Shown piece by piece: positions 40,538-51,208 of a DNA stretch of 64,000 nucleotides. A program made the position numbers and the translations under genes. The notes beneath the pieces are model-generated. The model had not been told where the DNA came from. It did not search any database and was given only the letters and a program-made list of their open reading frames with translations. The stretch is taken from positions 69,587 to 133,586 of the IMG/VR virus record IMGVR_UViG_3300035520_001860. The stretch is one strand, 5' to 3'. The stretch is from a virus. Its lineage: Duplodnaviria; Caudoviricetes. Position 1 is the stretch's first letter. Each line of letters starts with the position of its first letter.

Positions 40538-40810
40538 ATGAAAGACTATGGGGTATTAAAGTATTTATTTGGTGCAGTTGAGACTGGGTACATACAAAGA
40601 ATTGTAGTAGAAAAAGAAAAGAACAATGAGATTTTCATTAAAGCAATAGTAACAAATGAACAAAAGATACAACCTGTATCATGGATGATAGAGGCAAATA
40701 TGTACACAAAGAGAGACCTCAGAGTTGAAAACGTAAGATGTTTTGATGGAAGTTTAGAGATTCATAGTTTTGATGGTACTGCATATTACATAGATGTATG
40801 TACAGAATAA
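40538..40810 (+). CDS. Hypothetical protein
   Basis: Co-oriented; followed by a terminator hairpin (40825-40855). Confidence 0.55.
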   Translation: MKDYGVLKYLFGAVETGYIQRIVVEKEKNNEIFIKAIVTNEQKIQPVSWMIEANMYTKRDLRVENVRCFDGSLEIHSFDGTAYYIDVCTE

Positions 40811-40923
40811 TAAGTAAGAAAAGTAAGGACAGAGATATCATCTCTGTCCTTTTTGTTGCCTTGTTTAAAGCCCTAAAAATATTAAATAAAAAACAATTTT
40901 TATGAAAGGTAGGAAAAGCTAAA

Positions 40924-43900
40924 ATGGCATTCAACGTTGAAGAACTTAGAAGTAACCTGGAACTTAACAGGAAAGACATTGAGCATAATCACTCGTTGAC
41001 GAACGAGTACATGATAGAAGACATTATGCAAGAACTTGGTTACAATAAAAGAAGAGATAAAGATGTAAAGAGATTGATAGACAAGCCTATTGATTGGGAG
41101 GTACTTTCTACAGGTAGTCCTAAGATAGCAGTAAAAGTCTTTGCACTTGGTGATGAGATAAATAATGATGAACTGAAAACAGCTATGGATTATAGTAACA
41201 ATAGAAATTTCAGTATTTTCATTGTTACAAATGGTGAAGCACTTACAATATGCAGAAGAAACAAGGTAAAACATGAATATGCAGAAGTATGTGATATATC
41301 ACTATTAGAAAAATTAAGTGAAACAAAAGAAGCTGTATTGGATGCAATTTCAAAAGATGGATTTAACTTGCAGTTAATTGATGATGTTGTATCTAAGAAT
41401 GAAATGTCATCTGATAAAGTAATAGAAGTTATAGAAAATAACTTAAACAAACTTGCACTTAATATTGCAAGCATTATGGGAGATTCAAGTGAATCTATGG
41501 TGAAACAGTGTGCTGAAGTCCTAAAAGATTTATTTACTAATAAATCAAGTGAGTCAGATAGCATTGAATCAGAGAATACACAGAGAGTAGAAACAAGTCA
41601 AACAGTTGATATTTCAGTTTATACATCTGAAATTGAGCAGCTCAAGGAAGAAATTGAATCTCAGAAAGCAGAGATTGAAGAACTTAAGTCAAATGAGCAG
41701 ACAAGCATAGATAAAGAATCAGCTGAAGCACATGAAGAAGTAGATATAACAGAATATACTAATAAGATTGCAGAGTTACAAAACATAATAACAGAGTTGA
41801 CACAGAAAGATGAACAGCTTGAAGCTGAATTAGCAATAGCTAAAGAAAGCGAAACAGAGGTAGTAGATACAACTGAACTTGAGGAAAGACTGAATACAGC
41901 ACTTGCTGATAAAGATAACTTAGAAAAACAGGTAGAAACACTTACATCTGAGAAAGAACAGTTAGAGACTGAAGTAAATACATTAAAGAGTTCTCAAACA
42001 TCATCTGGTGCTACAGTAAGTGATGAAGAAATACAAGCTGAAATATTGTCATACAGAGAGAAGATTCAGGAACTTTCAGTAAAAGTAAGTGAAGCTGAGG
42101 AAGCAAAGACACAGGCTGAAGAAAAACTGAAAGAAATGGAAGGAATAATGAGTAACATGTCTGGTTCTGAAAAGAAACGGGCTGAAGAGTTACTTGCAGT
42201 AATAGAAGATAACAAAGAGCTTCCGAGAAGTTATGTAGCAGTAATAAACAGTGAGTTGTTACAGTACGATGAAATACATACATTTGCAGGTCGTATTTTA
42301 CAGAGATTGTATGAAATTAAAGGACTTGAAGCATCAAGATTTATATTTGATGGTACAATATTCAAGATTGAGCATAACGCTGTAAGAAATGATTTGTTTA
42401 TGGACAGTAAAACATTCGATCTTAACTTAGACGGTATACACGAAGATGGAGTACTTAATAAATTAAGAGTTGTGTTCTCACATTTCAATGATATAGTATT
42501 TGAGTGTAAGAAGATTGGTACAATTGGAGTTACTTACATAGACCAAACTGAACAGGAAGAAGTACCTGCTGAAATTGAAACAGCTAAGGATAACTTAGAG
42601 GATGCAGTAGAAGTTACTGAAGATGTAGAGGAAACTACAGAGCAGACAAATACTGAATCAGAAATACATGTATCATTGTCAAAAGAATCCTTTGATGATA
42701 ATGAATTTACAGAGGAAACTGAAGAAGATAACATGTTCAAACAGGACGAAAATGAAGGAGAAGGCTTATTCATTACTGAGGATGAAGCAGATGCTGATGA
42801 AAATGCAGCTACTGAATCAAGTGAGAATAGCTTCCAATTTGAAAATGACTTCAATGCAAACAATGAGCAGAGCAGTGAAAACGAAATGTTTGAGCAGAGT
42901 AATAACGAGTTTAATCAGTTTGACCAATTCAGTGAGCCAGACCAATTTGGTGATGAGCAATATGATAACAACAATAGCTTAAATGCTTTGCTATGTAGTC
43001 AGCTAGCCCAGATTGATATGTTAATTTGGAATGATGAACCAATCCAATTTAATAATATTAAATACATTGGAAGTAGCAATGTAACATTTGATATTAATTC
43101 ACATTCATCTGATATGACTAATGAGCAACTTCTTTGCAGAAGTGTAGATGCAGTATTAGCTCTTGCAGTAGCATATGGAGATTTCGAGGTTGTAAACAAA
43201 CTTAGAAAGATTGATTTCAGACAAGTAAGTGAATACATACATCTATTTACAGAAGAATTTAGAGATTGTCCTAAGATAAATGGTACAAGATTTGTAGTAA
43301 GTGGTATAGAGTCAATACAAAAAGTAGCTTACACACTTGTGAATATATGTAATGCTCTCAATATTGATATGTCAGATATATTCATGTTCTTTGACGCAAC
43401 TACAACATCACAGCAGATTGTAGATGACTGGGGATATGAAGAGGATGCAATACAGTTAAGAGAGTTTACAAACTATAACAGTGATGGAAATGATATAGAG
43501 GCTACAGCAGTATTAAGGGGAGATATATTTAGTAATATAATGATTACAAAGAACTCCTTACAAGCACATAGACTAGTATTTAGAACTACATTAGCTGTTA
43601 AAACACAGTACTTTGCAAGACAGGTTAATAATTCAACTGATTTTAATGAGTCAATTGTGGAGATTGTTAAGAAGTCAATGGAAAATGGGCGTACACCTAA
43701 CTTCAATGCAGTAGGAAACGTGATTGGAGAATCCTATAGACTTATATCAACAAATCCTAACGAAGTTAATGAAAATGCGACACAGATGAACATAGAAGGA
43801 TTGACAGTATTCATTTCAGCTGTTGAGCCTTGGCAGATTCCATTATCATTGATTAAAGCACATACAGCATTGATGGCAAATACTGGTGTAGCAGTAAAAG

Positions 43901-44016
43901 TTAATGTAAACACTTCAGCACTTGACTTCTTCTTAAATGAATATGAGGTTGCAGAACCTTCTCTGAGTTTAGCAGTTGCTAGTTTTGCAAGATATATAGA
44001 GTCTTGCATCAGATAA
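40924..44016 (+). CDS. Large acidic coiled-coil protein with a degenerate HsdR_N-like N-terminal domain
   Basis: IMQELGY...IDWEV...PKIAVKV...AMDY...FIVTNG resembles the type I REase N-domain without ExK; long coiled coil. Confidence 0.6.
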   Translation: MAFNVEELRSNLELNRKDIEHNHSLTNEYMIEDIMQELGYNKRRDKDVKRLIDKPIDWEVLSTGSPKIAVKVFALGDEINNDELKTAMDYSNNRNFSIFIVTNGEALTICRRNKVKHEYAEVCDISLLEKLSETKEAVLDAISKDGFNLQLIDDVVSKNEMSSDKVIEVIENNLNKLALNIASIMGDSSESMVKQCAEVLKDLFTNKSSESDSIESENTQRVETSQTVDISVYTSEIEQLKEEIESQKAEIEELKSNEQTSIDKESAEAHEEVDITEYTNKIAELQNIITELTQKDEQLEAELAIAKESETEVVDTTELEERLNTALADKDNLEKQVETLTSEKEQLETEVNTLKSSQTSSGATVSDEEIQAEILSYREKIQELSVKVSEAEEAKTQAEEKLKEMEGIMSNMSGSEKKRAEELLAVIEDNKELPRSYVAVINSELLQYDEIHTFAGRILQRLYEIKGLEASRFIFDGTIFKIEHNAVRNDLFMDSKTFDLNLDGIHEDGVLNKLRVVFSHFNDIVFECKKIGTIGVTYIDQTEQEEVPAEIETAKDNLEDAVEVTEDVEETTEQTNTESEIHVSLSKESFDDNEFTEETEEDNMFKQDENEGEGLFITEDEADADENAATESSENSFQFENDFNANNEQSSENEMFEQSNNEFNQFDQFSEPDQFGDEQYDNNNSLNALLCSQLAQIDMLIWNDEPIQFNNIKYIGSSNVTFDINSHSSDMTNEQLLCRSVDAVLALAVAYGDFEVVNKLRKIDFRQVSEYIHLFTEEFRDCPKINGTRFVVSGIESIQKVAYTLVNICNALNIDMSDIFMFFDATTTSQQIVDDWGYEEDAIQLREFTNYNSDGNDIEATAVLRGDIFSNIMITKNSLQAHRLVFRTTLAVKTQYFARQVNNSTDFNESIVEIVKKSMENGRTPNFNAVGNVIGESYRLISTNPNEVNENATQMNIEGLTVFISAVEPWQIPLSLIKAHTALMANTGVAVKVNVNTSALDFFLNEYEVAEPSLSLAVASFARYIESCIR

Positions 44017-44080
44017 TTAGGTATAATCAAGTTATGACAGGCACAGTTAAGTGTCTGTCATAACAAAGGGAGTAACACAA

Positions 44081-44872
44081 ATGAACATTAGCAGAATATG
44101 TTTAATTGGGTACTTTGATAGAGTGTTAGTGGATGGATTTGCAATGCCTATGTACAACACAAAAGGAATTGCAGTTGAATCAAATGAAACACTTGTTGAT
44201 GCTATTAATACAAACACTCAGTCATATGCACAAGGTATTGGAAAAGTTCGTATAACAATATATGGTGAAGCTGATTTTAATGCACAAGATGACAGACTAC
44301 TTGGTATGAGATGGCATAGGGAACAAGAACTAAAACTTGCAAGAACAAAAGTAGGAAACAAAGATAGATATGCAATAGCATATGCAGATTTACTTATATT
44401 AAAGAGTAACTATTCATTTCCTGAAGAAGTGAAAAACAGAGGTAAAACATCAGATGACATATCAAAGTTAGCTAAAAGTGAAGATGAGTACATGCTACTT
44501 ACAAAGGCATTGGAACTCCAGAAATCAACTTTGATGAAAAACAATAGTGATGAAAATGATGCTAACATAGCAATAGTAGATAGAGTATATGTCAATAAAG
44601 AATTTAGACAATGTGGAATTTCAAGTTGGATACATGCAAATATAGGAGACATCATAAAAACATTTGGTATGATTGACGTAGCATCAGTAATATTAATACC
44701 TGGTGATTTTAGTAATGAAGCACAGAGCCAATTTGGAGTGTCTAAAGATAAATATAGAGAGTTCCTTATAAAACATTATAAAGAATCAGGTTACAAGTTT
44801 ATAGACAAATATATAATGTGTAAGTCTATAATTAAAAAGAAAACATCATTTAAAGGTATGAATAAAAAGTAA
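44081..44872 (+). CDS. GNAT-like acetyltransferase
   Basis: IVDRVYVNKEFRQCGIS acetyl-CoA-binding motif; HYKESGY. Confidence 0.6.
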   Translation: MNISRICLIGYFDRVLVDGFAMPMYNTKGIAVESNETLVDAINTNTQSYAQGIGKVRITIYGEADFNAQDDRLLGMRWHREQELKLARTKVGNKDRYAIAYADLLILKSNYSFPEEVKNRGKTSDDISKLAKSEDEYMLLTKALELQKSTLMKNNSDENDANIAIVDRVYVNKEFRQCGISSWIHANIGDIIKTFGMIDVASVILIPGDFSNEAQSQFGVSKDKYREFLIKHYKESGYKFIDKYIMCKSIIKKKTSFKGMNKK

Positions 44873-45039
44873 AATAATTGTATTCAGTAAAAAATAATCT
44901 GGATACAATTATTTTTATGATAAAATATTAATTAATCATTTGTTTTAAGAAACAAACTAGTTGATAGACACACATAATCCTATGATATAGACTTTAGATT
45001 AGGTTAATTATTAAAAATTTGTTTTTAGGAGGAAACTAA

Positions 45040-45150
45040 ATGGAAGTATTAAGTGCATTTGGAATGATGGCAGTAATCCTATTTGTAGTAGTAATCATAC
45101 ATGGAGTAAATGAACTAATAACAGAATGTATAATGAGTAAACAGAAATAA
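45040..45150 (+). CDS. 36-aa hydrophobic small protein
   Basis: AGGAGG RBS; MEVLSAFGMMAVILFVVVIIHGVNELITECIMSKQK. Confidence 0.55.
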   Translation: MEVLSAFGMMAVILFVVVIIHGVNELITECIMSKQK

Positions 45151-45211
45151 ATAAGTAAGTTAATAAGGAAATGTAATTATTCATAACAATAGAAAGGTAG
45201 GAAAATTAAAA

Positions 45212-46645
45212 ATGAGCACAGAGGTCAAGGTAGTAGCAAGAACATACGAAGTTGCAAGTGATGATACAGCTGAAAAGCTAAATTATGACTTGACACTTCT
45301 AGCAGGTAAGGCAGCTGGTGTATGTTACATGCCAGATGATTACTTCGAGGATGGAGTACAAAATGTTGAAAAAGCAATAAATAGAGCAGCCGGAAACAGT
45401 AAGAGTGGACATCATAGCGTGTATGACCACGGACACATCACTTTTGTAATCAAGACAAACAAGATGATGTGTATGATACTCAATAGCTTAGGAGTTTATG
45501 CAACTTCAGAGAAGAGTGCAAGATATACAAAGATGCAGCCAGAGACAGAATTAGAGTTGAAACTGTATGAAAAGTGGAAAACAAAGCTTCAGAAGATAAT
45601 ACTCAATAATTATCCAGACATGGACGATGAATTACTTAGTAAGAGATTGTGCAAAAAGATGGGAATTGAGGATAGTAAGGCAGTAGTTAATGGAAGCTGT
45701 TCTCATATTAAAGAGGATGAATACCTTGAGAAAGAGTTGGAAGAGCTTAAGAAAAGCGAAACACTTCCATCATACAAACTGGCACAGGAAAATGCACGTT
45801 ATATGATTAGTGTATTCACACCAACAACTATTGAATATACAATATCATTTAGACAAGCATTCCTTACCATTGATTACTTAAATAAGTTGATTAAAAACTG
45901 TGAAGCTTTAAATGATAACTTTAGTAAAAAGTTATTAGTGTCTGCAAAAGAACTTGCAGATGAATTAAGTAATGCAGTTGGTGAGCAGAAGTTGCATGAT
46001 AATAAGAATCAGTATATCAGATTCTTAGAGGCTCAGCACATTGGAGACATTGTAGACGGTGAGCTTAAAATATATGAAGATCTTGATAGAAGATTAGATA
46101 CAAAGAGAACTGCTATTGGTGACAGCTATACAGTAGTATACAACGGAAGTTTAGCAATGTTAGCACAGGCTCAGAGACATAGAACAATAAGATATTCAAT
46201 GTGTTTAAGAGAAGCTGGTGAGTATGGATTCTATGTACCTGAGATTATCAAAGGTACTAAGATTGAGGCTGAATGGATTGAAGATATCAAGAGCGTTGCT
46301 TACTGTATTCCACAGGGAACACTTGTAAGGATTACAGAGCAAGGTATATTTGAAGACTTTGCTATGAAGTGTAAAGAAAGGTTATGTGGAAGAGCACAGC
46401 TTGAAGTAATGAAGTCTACGGAGGAAACAGCTAACAAATTCATTGAGAATAAGAGTAACTTATCCTATGAAAATCAAAGATTACTATACACAATGATTGA
46501 GGGATACATAGTGTCTGTTGACGATAGTAACCCAGATAAAAGAATAATGAAACAAGCTGTTTGTCCTCGATGCAAGTTCACTGATTTCAAATGTACTGAA
46601 GGCTGTAGATGGGGAGCTAAAGAGGCATTAAGCAGACTTATTTAA
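45212..46645 (+). CDS. thyX: FAD-dependent thymidylate synthase (long, two-domain ThyX)
   Basis: GHHSVYDH, EKSARY, ENARY, QAQRHR, RLCGRAQLE. Confidence 0.8.
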   Translation: MSTEVKVVARTYEVASDDTAEKLNYDLTLLAGKAAGVCYMPDDYFEDGVQNVEKAINRAAGNSKSGHHSVYDHGHITFVIKTNKMMCMILNSLGVYATSEKSARYTKMQPETELELKLYEKWKTKLQKIILNNYPDMDDELLSKRLCKKMGIEDSKAVVNGSCSHIKEDEYLEKELEELKKSETLPSYKLAQENARYMISVFTPTTIEYTISFRQAFLTIDYLNKLIKNCEALNDNFSKKLLVSAKELADELSNAVGEQKLHDNKNQYIRFLEAQHIGDIVDGELKIYEDLDRRLDTKRTAIGDSYTVVYNGSLAMLAQAQRHRTIRYSMCLREAGEYGFYVPEIIKGTKIEAEWIEDIKSVAYCIPQGTLVRITEQGIFEDFAMKCKERLCGRAQLEVMKSTEETANKFIENKSNLSYENQRLLYTMIEGYIVSVDDSNPDKRIMKQAVCPRCKFTDFKCTEGCRWGAKEALSRLI

Positions 46646-46705
46646 AAGCATGATAATTGGCTTTCAATTCAAAATAATTGATTTTTAAAATTTAAAGGTG
46701 TAGTC

Positions 46706-47125
46706 ATGAAAACAAGTATAGAACCAGGAGTTAAAGAAAGATTAAAGCCAGTTTTGATATGTATACTTGCAGTAGCAATACCATTACTTTTATATTTAGT
46801 ATGTTATTTAGTAACTGGTAGTGGAATACAGTGTACCATATATAAGTTAACAGGTTTTAGTTGTCCTGGTTGCGGAATGACAAGAATGGTGTTAGCATTA
46901 TTTGATGGAAATATATATCAGTCATTTAGATACAATCCATATATGTTTGTGTCTATACCTTTAATAACTTTAATAGGTACTATTTGGTCAGCTGAATATG
47001 TGTTGTATAATCAGATATATAAACATATTGATATAGTTTTAATATCTTATACAGCATCAATAATCATCTTTGGTATTCTGAGAAACATGAATATATTCAG
47101 TTGGTTAGCACCAACAGTTGTTTGA
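46706..47125 (+). CDS. DUF2752-family membrane protein
   Basis: C.IYKLTGFSCPGCGMTR...YNP. Confidence 0.8.
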   Translation: MKTSIEPGVKERLKPVLICILAVAIPLLLYLVCYLVTGSGIQCTIYKLTGFSCPGCGMTRMVLALFDGNIYQSFRYNPYMFVSIPLITLIGTIWSAEYVLYNQIYKHIDIVLISYTASIIIFGILRNMNIFSWLAPTVV

Positions 47126-47171
47126 TACAGTCAACAATAAATGCGAAAGCATATTAAAGGAGAATATAAAC

Positions 47172-47567
47172 ATGGATAATTTCAATCAAAACCAGAGTTA
47201 CGGACAGCCAAATCAGAATCAAGGATTTGGACAAGGTGGAATGTATCAGACACCTGGCAACACAAATTTTACTCAACCTACAGGAGTAAATGCACCAAAC
47301 TATACATTGTACCTTATACTTAGCATTATCTTAATTGCAGGCATTTGTTGCTGTAATGTAGTATCACTTGTATTAGGTATTATATCAATTGTATACTTGA
47401 CACAAGCAAATAGTTTCTTTAAGATGGGCAACATGGCAATGTATGAAGCTAAGATTAAGGTAAGTAAAATTTTAATTATTGTAGGATATGCACTAATTGT
47501 ATTAGGAATTATACTTAACATCGTATCTGGTGCATTTAGTACAATAGTTAGTATACTTAATAGCTAG
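47172..47567 (+). CDS. CD225/dispanin-like membrane protein
   Basis: Q/G/N-rich N-terminus; PNY..LSII...CCC...GIISIVY; adjacent to DUF2752. Confidence 0.65.
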   Translation: MDNFNQNQSYGQPNQNQGFGQGGMYQTPGNTNFTQPTGVNAPNYTLYLILSIILIAGICCCNVVSLVLGIISIVYLTQANSFFKMGNMAMYEAKIKVSKILIIVGYALIVLGIILNIVSGAFSTIVSILNS

Positions 47568-47640
47568 TAGTTAAAAGATAAATAAAATTAAAGGGCTGAT
47601 ACATTTGTATCAGCCCAACATAAAGGATGGTTTAAATTAC

Positions 47641-48249
47641 ATGAAGAAAGTATTTTTAGATACAGAGACAACAGGGTTTGCACCTGGACAAATTGGTCAG
47701 TTATCAATGATAATTGAGGAAGATAACGGTGAAGTAGAAGCTAAGAACTATTTTTTCGATATAGATTATATAACACCTGGGGCACAGGAAGCTTGTGGTA
47801 GAGACTTAGATTTTTATAAGCAAGCATCAAATGGAAAGAAATTTGCAGATTACGCAACTGAAATATATGATATACTTAAAGATGCTATGATTGTAGCACA
47901 TAATGAAAAATTCGATGAAAATTTCTTATCAACAGAGTTTTGGAGACAAAACATATTATTTACACCAGCAGCAAGATTTGATACAATGACTTACTTTGTT
48001 AATATATGTAAGTTACCTGGTAGAAATGGGAAATATAAAAATCCTAAACTTGAGGAACTCGTAGATACATTTAGTATAGACAAGGAAAAAGTTGGAAAAT
48101 ACAGCATTCAATTATTTGGAAACGATGATTCAACAAATAAAGGATTCCATGATGCAAGATATGATACAACATCAATGTATGTAGCATTCAGAGTTTATGG
48201 AGATGTAGTTAATGAAACAAACAGTTGGATGAATGCATTCTGTAAATAA
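47641..48249 (+). CDS. DEDDh 3'-5' exonuclease (DnaQ-like)
   Basis: FLDTETTG, VAHNEKFD, PKLEEL, HDARYD. Confidence 0.88.
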   Translation: MKKVFLDTETTGFAPGQIGQLSMIIEEDNGEVEAKNYFFDIDYITPGAQEACGRDLDFYKQASNGKKFADYATEIYDILKDAMIVAHNEKFDENFLSTEFWRQNILFTPAARFDTMTYFVNICKLPGRNGKYKNPKLEELVDTFSIDKEKVGKYSIQLFGNDDSTNKGFHDARYDTTSMYVAFRVYGDVVNETNSWMNAFCK

Positions 48250-48269
48250 TTGATGGAGGCGATAGGAAG

Positions 48270-49031
48270 TTGAGTTCTAAATCAAAACTAAAAGTTGGGG
48301 TTCCAGTAGAAGAATTAGGATTAGGCAATATAGAAGATATAAAGAAACAAAGTTCAAAACAGAATAAAACATCTGGAGTTGGAGTGCTACATACAACAAA
48401 AGTAAATTCAAGCAGTGAGTTTATAAATGTAACACAAGAAAAAGCAAAACAAGAGCAGAGAAAAAATGATATAGAAGTCAGTAGGGCAGATTTAGATTTT
48501 CCTTATATAAAAGCACCATTACTTACAAATGCTGAAATGCAACTATATCATTTTATGTTGAATAACTTATGTCAAATAGATAAGATTTCAATATTTACAA
48601 AAGTAAGACTTGGTGATTTAGTGCAGCTTGATACTAGATTAACAACAGACATGAAGTATTTTTGGAAAGTATCAAGTAAGCACGTAGACTTCTTGATTTG
48701 TAATAGAGATACCCTTGATGTAATATGTGCAGTAGAATTAGATGACTATACACATGAGACTCAGGAAGCAAAAGACAGAGATATATTTGTAATGCAAACA
48801 CTTGAAACAGTAGGTATAAAAACAGCGCGAATCAAAACAAAGATTAGTGCAATAGAAAAAAGAGATATCTACATGATTGATGAGTTTATAAACAGAGCAT
48901 TGGCACCTAAGTGTCCATATTGTGGGAAACAAATGTATCCAAAGGAAAGTAGAACAGGACATAGGTTTTATGCATGTGAAGATTTTATAGGATGCAGAAG
49001 AACAATAAATATAGATCCAGTGGGAGAGTAG
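48270..49031 (+). CDS. DUF2726 nuclease-like domain + topoisomerase-type C4 zinc finger
   Basis: KVRLGDLV...KHVDFLIC...AVELDDYTH...RD; CPYCG...FYACEDF.GC. Confidence 0.8.
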   Translation: MSSKSKLKVGVPVEELGLGNIEDIKKQSSKQNKTSGVGVLHTTKVNSSSEFINVTQEKAKQEQRKNDIEVSRADLDFPYIKAPLLTNAEMQLYHFMLNNLCQIDKISIFTKVRLGDLVQLDTRLTTDMKYFWKVSSKHVDFLICNRDTLDVICAVELDDYTHETQEAKDRDIFVMQTLETVGIKTARIKTKISAIEKRDIYMIDEFINRALAPKCPYCGKQMYPKESRTGHRFYACEDFIGCRRTINIDPVGE

Positions 49032-49035
49032 TAAA

Positions 49036-50064
49036 ATGAGTGGTTTAAAACATCAAAGTTTTTTCTTAGTCAAGTTTTTAGAGAAATTAGTTGGAATTAT
49101 TATTAGATTAGCAGTTATAGCTGCTCTGGTATGGGCTGTGTGGGCACAGAACAATTATATTGTAACAAGAAATTACATATACTCATCAGAGAGTCTGCCA
49201 AAGAATTTTGTAGGATATAAGATTTTACATATATCTGATATATGTAATACAACAAACAAAGTTGTAGAAGCAGCAGAGAAAGCAGAACCTGACATTATAG
49301 TAATTACTGGTGGATATGAAGATATTAATGGAGATTATTCAAACACAGTTACAGCAGTAAATAAATTGTGTGATATAGCTCCTGTGTATTATATATACAA
49401 TACAACAGATGATAAGGATACTTTATCAAGTACTAGAGCAATTAACCTAGTAAACAGTAGCATTGATTTAACAACAAGTACAACAGATGCTACAGCATTT
49501 GTAGAAAAAGTGTATGGCAAGAGTATTATTAAGAAGGCAAATAAAGGTAATGAAGAAGCTATAGAATATCTACAATATATTAGTGATGAACTTGCTGAGT
49601 GTAGCGGTGAGACAATAAAGCTATGTGGATTAAGTAGTCTTGAAGGACTTACATCAGATGAAATGGAAGAAGCAGTATATAATTTAACTGGTAAGGATAG
49701 AGATGACTATGTATTAGTATTAAATGGTAATTTAGCTAATATAGATGCATTGGTAAAATACAATGTTGATGTAATGTTCATGGGTGGAACATTTGGAAAA
49801 GAGTCAGATTTAACAGTTTATAAGAAAGGTGCTTATGGATTAAACGGAGTTCAATTATTCTTATCAGGTGGATGCGGAAACTATTCGGAGAAAAGAATAT
49901 TTAATCTTCCAGAAGTACAGTTGATAACATTATCTGATGGTACAATTACAGAGAACAATCCTTTGGAAAACTTCCTAGATTTGTTTATTGATGACGTAGG
50001 AACAATTTATGATAACGACGGTGGATTTAAGGAATATACATACACTTATGTGGATGGTGAATAA
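49036..50064 (+). CDS. Membrane-anchored metallophosphoesterase-like protein, degenerate
   Basis: YKILHISDIC, PDIIVITGG, APVYYIYN, RIFNLPEVQLITL; most metal-ligand His/Asp/Asn residues missing. Confidence 0.65.
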   Translation: MSGLKHQSFFLVKFLEKLVGIIIRLAVIAALVWAVWAQNNYIVTRNYIYSSESLPKNFVGYKILHISDICNTTNKVVEAAEKAEPDIIVITGGYEDINGDYSNTVTAVNKLCDIAPVYYIYNTTDDKDTLSSTRAINLVNSSIDLTTSTTDATAFVEKVYGKSIIKKANKGNEEAIEYLQYISDELAECSGETIKLCGLSSLEGLTSDEMEEAVYNLTGKDRDDYVLVLNGNLANIDALVKYNVDVMFMGGTFGKESDLTVYKKGAYGLNGVQLFLSGGCGNYSEKRIFNLPEVQLITLSDGTITENNPLENFLDLFIDDVGTIYDNDGGFKEYTYTYVDGE

Positions 50065-50163
50065 AAATCATTTTATGTTATACGTTATAAAAGACACTAG
50101 TTGTAAAAAATAATAAGTTTTTAAAATTTTGATTAATCTTTTTATTGAGAGGTAATACATAAA

Positions 50164-51087
50164 ATGAGTAAATATAGTCCTGAGTTCATGACACATACAA
50201 GCAGAGAGTCAATGAGCTTCAACACAGTTAAGAAAGCTATTAAAAATAATTCTATACTTGAATCAAGAGTTATTAAATGTAATGAAAATAATGATTTGAC
50301 AGTTGAAATTGGTAGAAATATATTTGGAATTATTCCTTTTGACGAAGTAGAATATCATCCAGACAATTCACCTATTAAAGTAGCATCTGCAACATCAAAG
50401 ATAAACAAACATATTAAGTATATGCCATTAGATTTTCACATGGAAGATGACAAAGTCATTGTGAATTGTTCTAGAAAAGCAGTACAGAAGATGTGCTATG
50501 AAAATTATATTTCTAAATTATCTGTTGGGGATATAATTGATGCACATGTAACAAAGATTGTTGGCTACGGAATTTTCTGTGATATTGGCTGTGGAATAAT
50601 TGCATTATTACCTACAAACAATATAAGTGTGACACATATAGTTAATCCAACAGTGGAACTAAAGGGATTGTCAACATTAAAGGTAATAGTTAAGTCAATT
50701 AAAGAAGATAACAAAATTGAGTTGACACACAAAGAGTTACTTGGTACTTGGAAAGAACAGATTGCACAATTTGCTGAGGGAGACTTAGTTAAAGGAACTG
50801 TTCTATCAGTAGAAGATTATGGAGTGTTTATAAGACTTAGTCAGAATCTTTCTGGTTTAGCAGAAGTACCTGAAACTATAGAACTTAAGCCTGGTGATAT
50901 TGTTTCAACACGTATTCAATCAATACAAGATAAAAACATGAAAGTTAAGTTATCCGTGGTAGAAAAGATTGAAGACAACGATGATAAACTAATCAAGTTC
51001 AAGTATTATGTGAATGAGCCACATATAACTGATTGGGTTTACTCAACAGAAACAGCAAAGAAGCAAATATCATCACACTTCGAGTAA
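50164..51087 (+). CDS. S1 RNA-binding domain protein (ribosomal protein S1-like, three S1 repeats)
   Basis: GDIIDAHVTKIVGYGIFCDIG; GDLVKGTVLSVEDYGVFIRL. Confidence 0.85.
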   Translation: MSKYSPEFMTHTSRESMSFNTVKKAIKNNSILESRVIKCNENNDLTVEIGRNIFGIIPFDEVEYHPDNSPIKVASATSKINKHIKYMPLDFHMEDDKVIVNCSRKAVQKMCYENYISKLSVGDIIDAHVTKIVGYGIFCDIGCGIIALLPTNNISVTHIVNPTVELKGLSTLKVIVKSIKEDNKIELTHKELLGTWKEQIAQFAEGDLVKGTVLSVEDYGVFIRLSQNLSGLAEVPETIELKPGDIVSTRIQSIQDKNMKVKLSVVEKIEDNDDKLIKFKYYVNEPHITDWVYSTETAKKQISSHFE

Positions 51088-51144
51088 TAAATGTGATTAT
51101 AAAGTAACCTCAGCTACATTAAGTAGTTGGGGTTATTTTTGTTA

Positions 51145-51173
51145 TTGACAAATAGGTATTTTTCTGTTATAAT
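51145..51173 (+). promoter_or_regulatory. sigmaA promoter following a terminator (51104-51140)
   Basis: TTGACA-17-TATAAT with extended TG. Confidence 0.85.
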
Positions 51174-51208
51174 ATAAACAAAAAATGATTCGGGAGATAG
51201 AGAAGGAT

